Source of the DNA: Promethearchaeum syntrophicum
GTDB taxonomy: Archaea > Asgardarchaeota > Lokiarchaeia > Sigyniarchaeales > Promethearchaeaceae
Assembly (NCBI RefSeq): GCF_008000775.2
Contig: NZ_CP042905.2
Coordinates: 3,870,001 to 3,902,000, forward strand
Direction: 5' to 3'
Length of the DNA stretch: 32,000 nucleotides
Shown: piece after piece, positions 25,588-32,000 of the stretch
Layout of the letters: the number at the start of each line of letters is the position of its first letter
Position numbering within the stretch: position 1 is the first letter of the stretch
The notes under the pieces: generated by a model
The model's input: only the letters and a program-made list of their open reading frames with translations
The model's database searches: none
What the model was told of the DNA's origin: nothing
Position numbers and translations under genes: made by a program

Positions 25588-25623
25588 ATAATTATATTAA
25601 TATTTCAAATTCAGGGGATTTGT

Positions 25624-26943
25624 TTGGAAAACTCGGAGGAATTATTAAAAAATCAGAGAGATTTAGGTACTACTGAAACTTATGGTCAATCTGATCAATT
25701 AAACAATATCGCACTAAATCAAAAATTGGTTTTATTTACATTAGGATTATGTTTATTTGTAGATATAATGGGATATTCAATGGTGTTACCATTATTACCA
25801 AGTTTTGCTACTAATTTAGGAGCTTCACCATTTACAATAGGACTAATTATATCTATGAATGCAATCGTGACGATGATTTTTTCCCCTTTGTGGGGAAAAT
25901 TAAGTGATAAGGTTGGTCGGATCATCCCTTTAATAATTTCACAAATAGGTACAGTTATATCATTTATACTATTAGCTTTCTCATCAAATATAACATTAAT
26001 ATTCGTCAGTAGAATTCTTGATGGTATTTTTGGAGGCCAAGCGCCAATTGTCAACGCTTATTTTTCAGATGTTACTAATGATAGAGATCGCCATAAAAAA
26101 ATGGGATTATTATTCTTTGGAGTCTCTCTAGGGATTATTATAGGTCCCGCAATAGGAGGATTACTTGGGAACATTAATTGGGCAATTCCATGTCTTCTAG
26201 CTGCATTATTTGGTACGGGATCCATTTTTCTAACAAAAAAATATCTACCTGAAAATAACACCAGAAATGAACTTATTAATCATAATCCCCCAATTCGACC
26301 AACTCAACAAAAAAAATTGCTGAAATCCGAATTATCTGAAAAAAGAAAGATATTTATACTAATTCTAAGTGAAATTTTCTTTGTAAATTTTGCTTTTTCA
26401 ATTATTAACTCAAGTTTACCAGTATATCTTGATATAAGATTTGATGTTAGTGCAGATCAAATTGGAATTCTTTATACTCTTATCGGAATTGAGATGATGA
26501 TCTTTAGTTTATTAATTTTCAAGCGATTAATTGGAAAATTTGGAGAAAAAAGGATATTTCTTTTTGCAAATATTGGAATGATTTGTAGTTTCATTATATT
26601 TCCATATTTAGATCGGTTTTGGATGATCTATCTGTTCATGTTTTTTAATATATTCTTTATAATGAGTATTAAGCCAATTATTCAACTACGATTAGCAAAA
26701 AAAATCCCTTCGTCAAGTCAAGGTTCAATTAATGGATGGGCGGTAAATTCTAAATATTTACCCAAAATTTTTGCTCCCTTAATAACAACCTATTATCTTG
26801 AAATTGAATTCTTGGGCAGAATAAACTCCTATTTTTTAATTGGTTTAACATCAGCAATCATAGGAATAATGCTTCTTGCTCTGTTTTTACTAGATAGTGG
26901 ACTCGATAAGAAAAAATCAAAGAATGAAAGTTCTCAAATATAA
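25624..26943 (+). CDS. MFS transporter (drug/H+ antiporter-like)
   Basis: About 12 hydrophobic helices. MFS motif A is present after TM2 ('PLWGKLSDKVGRI'), along with 'RILDGIFGGQAPIV' and 'GIIIGPAIGGLLG'. The only start candidate is TTG 25624, because the first ATG falls inside TM1. Confidence 0.85.
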   Translation: MENSEELLKNQRDLGTTETYGQSDQLNNIALNQKLVLFTLGLCLFVDIMGYSMVLPLLPSFATNLGASPFTIGLIISMNAIVTMIFSPLWGKLSDKVGRIIPLIISQIGTVISFILLAFSSNITLIFVSRILDGIFGGQAPIVNAYFSDVTNDRDRHKKMGLLFFGVSLGIIIGPAIGGLLGNINWAIPCLLAALFGTGSIFLTKKYLPENNTRNELINHNPPIRPTQQKKLLKSELSEKRKIFILILSEIFFVNFAFSIINSSLPVYLDIRFDVSADQIGILYTLIGIEMMIFSLLIFKRLIGKFGEKRIFLFANIGMICSFIIFPYLDRFWMIYLFMFFNIFFIMSIKPIIQLRLAKKIPSSSQGSINGWAVNSKYLPKIFAPLITTYYLEIEFLGRINSYFLIGLTSAIIGIMLLALFLLDSGLDKKKSKNESSQI

Positions 26944-26997
26944 ATTCATTCTTCCTCACAATCACTTTTTTACTCGTTTAGCCTATATATTATCATC

Positions 26998-27861
26998 ATG
27001 CCGGATGATAATTCCAAAACACCCTATGAATTTAATTCGGTCCAAGCAACCAATTTTATGCCTTTGTGGGGAAGAGCAACTTATAGTAAAAGGAATCCGG
27101 AGCTTCTAAATGACCCAGTGGCTGTAGATCTCATGAACCGGATTCAAAATGACCTTAATTTAGATTATTCACTAATCGAAAAAACACACAAGAAGCGAGT
27201 TGAATACTTTGGGTTGATTTTTTTAGCTCGAGCTCAAAATATGGATAATGCCCTTAAAAATTACCTATCAACTTATCCAGAATGTACCGTGGTCAATCTT
27301 GGGATTGGATTAGAAACAAATTTCTTTCGTTGTGATAACCACCAATTACAATGGTATGATGTTGATTTTCCTGACGTGATAAATTTCCGCAAGAAATATT
27401 TACCTGAATCTGATCGATATCACTACCTGGCTCAATCAGTACTTAATTTCAGCTGGATGGATAAAATACAATTCATTAGAGAAAAGGGGATATTTATAAT
27501 TGCGGGTGGTTTATTTATGTATTTTACTAAGGAGGAAATTTCAAATCTTATATCAAAAATGGCAAAAAAATTTCCTGCAGGGGAATTGATCTTTGATCAT
27601 ACTGCAAAAAATGGTGTTAAAATTGCGAACAAGAGGACCTTGAAAGCAGGAAAGACTGAAATGTTGTTTAAATCCTACTGCAAAAATCCCAAGAAAGATT
27701 ATGAACCGATTCATCCAAGCATCAGAGTTAAAGACCAGTATCTCTATTGGAAGAGAACAAAAATTAATCCTCAGTGGGTTAAGACCACAAAAATGATGAT
27801 AAAACTCTCCACCTTATTAAAAATGGCTTATTTTATCCATTTGAAGTTTGAAAAGAAATAA
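26998..27861 (+). CDS. Class I SAM-dependent O-methyltransferase, LCM/TcmP-like family
   Basis: 'TVVNLGIGLETNFFR...LQWYDVDFPDVINFRKKYL' matches the LCM-family core (VV.LGaGlDTR...EvD.P.v...K). An N-terminal 'PLWGRA...DP.A..L' region is also present. Confidence 0.7.
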   Translation: MPDDNSKTPYEFNSVQATNFMPLWGRATYSKRNPELLNDPVAVDLMNRIQNDLNLDYSLIEKTHKKRVEYFGLIFLARAQNMDNALKNYLSTYPECTVVNLGIGLETNFFRCDNHQLQWYDVDFPDVINFRKKYLPESDRYHYLAQSVLNFSWMDKIQFIREKGIFIIAGGLFMYFTKEEISNLISKMAKKFPAGELIFDHTAKNGVKIANKRTLKAGKTEMLFKSYCKNPKKDYEPIHPSIRVKDQYLYWKRTKINPQWVKTTKMMIKLSTLLKMAYFIHLKFEKK

Positions 27862-27868
27862 TGAAAAA

Positions 27869-28069
27869 CTAGCTTTTAAATTCGGTTTTTTTCTTATATG
27901 TAATAGTAATTTTTAGTTTAAATAAAAAAAACCAAAAAACTCTTAAAATTATATAAATGAGGAGAATCCATAATAATTTTACTGCATAATCTTTGAGGTT
28001 TATAGAGATATCTACAAAAAACTCATATAAATCATCTAAAAAATTCTCCCCAAAATATAATTTATTCAT
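27869..28069 (-). CDS. Possible small single-pass membrane protein
   Basis: 66-aa ORF with one hydrophobic helix (LLWILLIYIILRVFWFFLF). There is no homology signal, so it could be spurious in this AT-rich sequence. Confidence 0.3.
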   Translation of the reverse strand: MNKLYFGENFLDDLYEFFVDISINLKDYAVKLLWILLIYIILRVFWFFLFKLKITITYKKKTEFKS

Positions 28070-28271
28070 TTGAAATAATCAATAAAAACCATATTAAAAA
28101 GTCCGAAAAAAATGGTAGCTGTTATGTTTTATTCCTACTTTTTTTTTCAAGCTTCTATATTTTCAATAAATGATTGTAAATCTGATTAAATTACTAAATT
28201 CTTGGAAACCACAATAAATTTAAATATCAAATCAACAATAGTGAAACTTGTATTGAAATATTATACAATTA

Positions 28272-28859
28272 TTGATGATAACCTTTGGATTGAAAAAAAT
28301 GAGTAAAATTAAAATTGGTAAAGGATTGGCTATTATTACATTACTTCTAGGACTCATTGGTTCTGGAACGGGGGGATATTTATTCGCAAAAGAATTTTTC
28401 CTAGACGTAGAGCCACAAGAAGAACATATTTTACCAAAAGCACGTGTATTTTATAATGGAACACCTTCATTCAGTAAATATTCGAATACTGTAGCAGAAA
28501 GTCTTGATTTTAATCAAGTTTCGTATGACACGCACAATGCTTTTGATTTGACTAACGATTCATATATAATTCCTGAAGATGGAGTTTATGATATTGATGC
28601 ACAGTATTGCGTAGCTAATGCTGAAGATGGGGATGATTATGTAATCTTTATTATGTTGGACACTCAAAGGGCAGCATTCAAGCAAGTGACGTGTTCCGCA
28701 ACTGTTAGTACTTTAGGTGTTAGCATCAGTGATAAATTGAATTTAACTGTTGGGGATACAATTAGCATCCATATTTTCGTTTTTACTGGTGTATCGGAAT
28801 GGAGATCTGTATACGGTAAAGAATATGCAACATTTTTCTCAATTGCAAAATTGGCTTAA
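28272..28859 (+). CDS. N-terminally membrane-anchored protein with a C1q/TNF-like jelly-roll domain
   Basis: The TM anchor is [21 protein letters not shown]. The C-terminal ~140 aa align by eye to the gC1q pattern. [37 protein letters not shown] compares with adiponectin [51 protein letters not shown] compares with [23 protein letters not shown] compares with STFTGFLLY. The start is probably ATG 28275 or 28299. Confidence 0.55.
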   Translation: [195 protein letters not shown]

Positions 28860-28877
28860 AAAATTTATTTTATTCAT

Positions 28878-28958
28878 AGTCAAGGAAGTCTGACTGTATC
28901 CAGTGAGCCTTTCTCACCGCATCTATTCGATGGGTGTAGTCACCAACCTACAGTGGCC
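28878..28958. ncRNA. GC-rich structured element (candidate small ncRNA or structured 3' UTR), family unknown
   Basis: A local GC-rich island lies in an otherwise AT-rich intergenic region. Three adjacent hairpins are GTGAG/CTCAC (28903..28917), CATC/GATG (28920..28932) and GGTG/CACC (28933..28944). They are enclosed by a 6-bp helix ACTGTA/TACAGT (28893..28898 with 28949..28954). T6 follows at 28959..28964, and a T-run also lies beyond the other end if the element is read on the minus strand. Confidence 0.3.
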
Positions 28959-29219
28959 TTTTTTCTTTTCTTTTCCGATCTTCTCATACCAATTCTCATC
29001 TGCTAGCGATACCTTCAATAGAGTTATCGATACTTTCTAAAGAACTCTGTAAGTTCATTTTTTTTTTATTTCTTTTGTACTATTTAAAAAACAATTCTTT
29101 GTGTATTAACTTATATACCATGCCAGATAGGTCTAATCCACGTGAATATATTTACGGAATGGAAAATCTCACTTATGATATTCTGTTTATCAAAGGTAAA
29201 TAGCATAATACTTAGTAAT

Positions 29220-29417
29220 CTATGATATGTTTGTTTTTTCTAATTTATCTAGTATAACTTTTGCTCTTTCATTTCCTTCGCCAACTAATATGGCTAAATT
29301 GTCTTTAAATGATTTTAAATTTATTTTTAGTTCTTCATTCGCATCGAACTTCTCTTCAGGTGTCCCATTTCCAAATTTATCAAGCAAATCTTCAATAACA
29401 CCTAAAATTTTTTCCAT
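29220..29417 (-). CDS. Small helical hypothetical protein
   Basis: 65 aa, MEKILGVIEDLLDKFGNGTPEEKFDANEELKINLKSFKDNLAILVGEGNERAKVILDKLEKTNIS. Its K/E/L-rich composition matches the other genes here, while the overlapping plus-strand ORF 29227..29463 is the S/F-rich mirror. Confidence 0.4.
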   Translation of the reverse strand: MEKILGVIEDLLDKFGNGTPEEKFDANEELKINLKSFKDNLAILVGEGNERAKVILDKLEKTNIS

Positions 29418-29570
29418 GAATATGTTTTATTTAATTATTGTTTTAAATTTTTATTTGAGATAATAATAGTGGCTTCCAAAATAACAATGAGAAAGGATTT
29501 ATTAGATATCTAAAATATGAATTGATGTAAAAATCGTTAAATTTATTGTTTATTTTCTCTTTTCTATTTT

Positions 29571-32000
29571 ATGAAAGAGTATGATTTTACTTCCATTGAA
29601 TTGAAATGGCAATCTAAATGGGAGAAGGATAAAATCTTTGAAGTTGAAAAAGACTCTAATAAAAAGAAATATTACGTTTTAGAGATGTATCCGTATCCAA
29701 GTGGAAAAATGCACATGGGACATCTTCGTAATTATACAATTGGTGATACTTTTGCACGATTTCAGCGAATGAATGGGTATAATGTATTATATCCAATGGG
29801 TTATGACTCTTTTGGTCTCCCTGCTGAAATTGCAGCTATCAAAAAAGGAATACCTCCGGAAGAATTTACTAAGAAAAATATTACAAGTTTTAAAGCTGAT
29901 CAAAAAAGAATTGGATATAGTTATGATTGGCGGCGTGAGGTTTCATCAATGAACCCTAATTATTTTCGCTGGAATCAATGGTTTTTCCTTAAAATGCTTG
30001 AAAAAGGTTTAGCTTACCGCAAAGAATCTATGGTTAACTGGTGTCCAGGATGCAACTCAGTATTAGCAAACGAACAGGTTATTAGTGGAAAATGTTGGAG
30101 ATGTTCAGCAGTAATTCAACCAAAATTTTTGTCGCAATGGTTTTTTAAAATTAGAGAATATGCTGATGAACTCCTAGATAAATTAGATACCCTTGATTGG
30201 CCAGAAAAAGTAAAAATTATGCAAAAGAATTGGATAGGTAGAAGTGAAGGTTCTACAATAGATTTTGAAGTTGAAGGAACAGATCAGACTTTAGCAATAT
30301 TTACAACGCGAAGCGACACAATATTTGGAGTCACCTTTATGACGATGGCTGCAGAGCATCCATGGTGTGCAGATTGGGTTAAAGATACGGAATATGAAGA
30401 AGAATATCAACAATTTTATGAAGATGTTATGCAAGAAGATCGATATCAGCGCACTGCAGAAGATACGGAGAAAAAAGGTGTATTTTTAGGTAAATTTGCA
30501 ATAAATCCCTTAACAGGAAATAAAATCCCAATTTATGCAGGTAATTTTGTAATATATGAATATGGTGCAGGGGCAGTGATGGCGGTACCAGGTCACGATC
30601 AGCGAGATTTTGAATTTGCTAAAAAATATGATATTCCAATTAAAATTGTAATTCAACCATTCGATGGATATAAATTAAATGGGGAAAAAATGAGTCGCGC
30701 TTTTCTTGATGATGGAATTTTAGATGAATCAGAAGAGTTTACAGGAATTGAAAACAGAGTAGCAATTAATCGAATTGAAAAAAAACTTAATAAATTGGGG
30801 AAAGGAGGACCAATAGTAAATTATAAAATAAGAGATTGGTTAATTTCTCGACAAAGATTTTGGGGAACTCCAATTCCTATTATTTATTGCAAAGATTGTG
30901 GTACAGTTCCTGTTTCATACGAAAATTTACCGGTAGAACTCCCAAATGATGCAATTTTTGGTAAATCGGGAAATCCTTTAGAACATAGCAAAACTTTTAT
31001 GAACGTAAAATGCCCAAAATGTGGTAAAAAAGCCCGTAGAGAAACAGATACAATGGATACATTTGTCGACTCATCATGGTACTTTTTAAAATACACAAGT
31101 CCACAATTAGCAGATATTCCCTTTGAGAAAGAGGATGTAGAATATTGGGGACCAGTTGATCAATATATTGGGGGAATAGAACATGCAATATTGCACTTGC
31201 TCTATGCGAGATTTTTTACTAAAATGAGCAGAGATCTAGGACTCCATAATTTTGATGAACCATTTAAAGCGTTACTTACTCAAGGGATGATAAATAAAGC
31301 ACATCCGTATTGCGAAAATTGCCGAAAATTCCTTCCCGCAAGTTACAACAAAGATGGTGAATGGGAGGGTGAATATAATCAAGAAAAAGAGACTTGTAAT
31401 ACTTGTGGGCAAAAATATATATTAAAATCGGCAAAGATGTCTAAAAGTCTTGGAAACACACTCTCACCGGGACCAATTATACAAGAATTTGGTGCAGATA
31501 CTGCAAGATTTTTCATAATGCATGGTGCAAATCCTGAACGGGAGTTAGAATGGTCAGATTCAGGGTGCAGTTCAGATAATAAAACCCTTCTAAAAATCTG
31601 GGATACAATTACGGCTCAACCATCTGCTACTCGATATAAAGATGATGTATATGATGAATACATTCGATTTCGCTTAAATCGTATGATCAAGAAGGTTTCA
31701 AATTTCTATCAGATTAAACTGATTAGAGACGCTTTGAATGAAATTATTGGATTTAATGATATTATCAAAAGATACATTGATATGAAACCTAATAAAAAGC
31801 TTCTAAGAGAATCGAAAGAGAACATTCTATTAATGTTAGCACCAATAACTCCCCATTTATGTGAAGAATTATGGAAATTCATGAATAAAAAAGGATATAT
31901 CTCTTTAGCATCATGGCCAGATTATGATGAAGCTTTAATTAACGAATCTATTGAGAAACATTGGTTAGCATATGAAAATGTAATAGAAGATGTCAAAAAT
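29571..32000 (+). CDS. leuS: Leucine--tRNA ligase (3' end beyond the window)
   Basis: This ORF is not in the track because it is open at the window end. My translation from ATG 29571 reads [86 protein letters not shown]... It continues through [22 protein letters not shown] and [10 protein letters not shown], with the KMSKS motif in frame at 31434. The frame is open for all 810 codons. Confidence 0.93.
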   Translation, partial: MKEYDFTSIELKWQSKWEKDKIFEVEKDSNKKKYYVLEMYPYPSGKMHMGHLRNYTIGDTFARFQRMNGYNVLYPMGYDSFGLPAEIAAIKKGIPPEEFTKKNITSFKADQKRIGYSYDWRREVSSMNPNYFRWNQWFFLKMLEKGLAYRKESMVNWCPGCNSVLANEQVISGKCWRCSAVIQPKFLSQWFFKIREYADELLDKLDTLDWPEKVKIMQKNWIGRSEGSTIDFEVEGTDQTLAIFTTRSDTIFGVTFMTMAAEHPWCADWVKDTEYEEEYQQFYEDVMQEDRYQRTAEDTEKKGVFLGKFAINPLTGNKIPIYAGNFVIYEYGAGAVMAVPGHDQRDFEFAKKYDIPIKIVIQPFDGYKLNGEKMSRAFLDDGILDESEEFTGIENRVAINRIEKKLNKLGKGGPIVNYKIRDWLISRQRFWGTPIPIIYCKDCGTVPVSYENLPVELPNDAIFGKSGNPLEHSKTFMNVKCPKCGKKARRETDTMDTFVDSSWYFLKYTSPQLADIPFEKEDVEYWGPVDQYIGGIEHAILHLLYARFFTKMSRDLGLHNFDEPFKALLTQGMINKAHPYCENCRKFLPASYNKDGEWEGEYNQEKETCNTCGQKYILKSAKMSKSLGNTLSPGPIIQEFGADTARFFIMHGANPERELEWSDSGCSSDNKTLLKIWDTITAQPSATRYKDDVYDEYIRFRLNRMIKKVSNFYQIKLIRDALNEIIGFNDIIKRYIDMKPNKKLLRESKENILLMLAPITPHLCEELWKFMNKKGYISLASWPDYDEALINESIEKHWLAYENVIEDVKN

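Noticed and set aside
28860-29003. A 48-codon in-frame open extension after the TAA of the C1q-like gene (possible stop-codon read-through)
   Set aside because: TAA is a strong stop, and the extension coincides with a GC-rich structured element in which stop codons are depleted anyway. The translated sequence has no recognisable domain.
29120-29203. A 27-aa ORF (MPDRSNPREYIYGMENLTYDILFIKGK), and a 20-aa minus-strand ORF near 29000..29062
   Set aside because: They are too short to distinguish from chance in this composition, and there is no supporting motif or conservation evidence.
18509-31188. Other nested or antisense track ORFs (18509..18697, 21273..21590, 24342..24641, 25260..25505, 25719..26054, 26058..26261, 26897..27109, 29227..29463, 30884..31096, 30997..31188)
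   Set aside because: Each lies inside or overlaps a confidently called gene (ACS alpha, glmS, the PEP-utilizing enzyme, the MFS transporter, the methyltransferase start region, the small helical ORF, leuS) and lacks independent support.
1-32000. Possibility that the contig is bacterial, given the bacterial-type ValRS and LeuRS, or that it carries a mobile element or defence island
   Set aside because: The BHB-type tRNA intron, the NadM-type NMNAT, the TtuA/NcsA-type enzyme, the ADP-forming ACS alpha subunit and the uniform composition all argue for an archaeal host. I found no integrase, transposase, nuclease/helicase defence signatures, toxin-antitoxin pairs or CRISPR repeats.

Overview
The window is strongly AT-rich and gene-dense, and it is most consistent with an archaeal chromosome. 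The evidence for that is a tRNA gene interrupted at position 37/38 by a 49-nt insert that folds as a bulge-helix-bulge, no encoded CCA on either tRNA, a NadM-type NMNAT, a TtuA/NcsA-type thiolase, an ADP-forming acyl-CoA synthetase alpha subunit, and roadblock-like and V4R-like proteins. Any finer placement (Asgard-like or DPANN-like) is only a guess.

Content, left to right:
- **1-3017 (minus strand):** a same-strand array of rtcA (partial), pncC, a Nudix-like-NMNAT fusion and a SAM hydroxide adenosyltransferase.
- **3039-7307:** a cluster with no enzyme signatures. It holds a roadblock-like plus helical-repeat protein, two paralogous coiled-coil proteins, a divergently transcribed protein with three tandem roadblock/LC7-like modules, and a 5-TM protein with a V4R-like C-terminal domain.
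- **7467-7590:** an intron-containing tRNA-Ile(UAU).
- **7826-11683:** a 1285-aa polytopic membrane protein (DUF2339-like).
- **12199-16722:** valS, a DUF59-like protein, an alpha/beta hydrolase, and an acidic-tract, His-rich membrane protein.
- **16796-19473:** tRNA-Ala(CGC) with an adjacent tRNA 3'-half-like remnant, a TtuA/NcsA-type PP-loop enzyme, and the ACS alpha subunit.
- **19990-21840:** glmS.
- **21827-27861:** a double winged-helix regulator divergent from a rifampicin-phosphotransferase-like PEP-utilizing enzyme that carries a Met-rich tandem repeat at its 5' end, then an MFS transporter and a TcmP/LCM-type methyltransferase.
- **28272-28964:** a membrane-anchored C1q/TNF-like protein followed by a GC-rich structured element.
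- **29571-32000:** leuS (partial).

I saw no CRISPR array, integrase, transposase or rRNA.

The strongest candidates for something new are the roadblock/coiled-coil/V4R cluster, the C1q-like surface protein with its adjacent structured RNA-like element, the giant membrane protein, and the kinase-efflux-methyltransferase island. All fold and family calls rest on motif and pattern recognition by eye. None has been verified by search.
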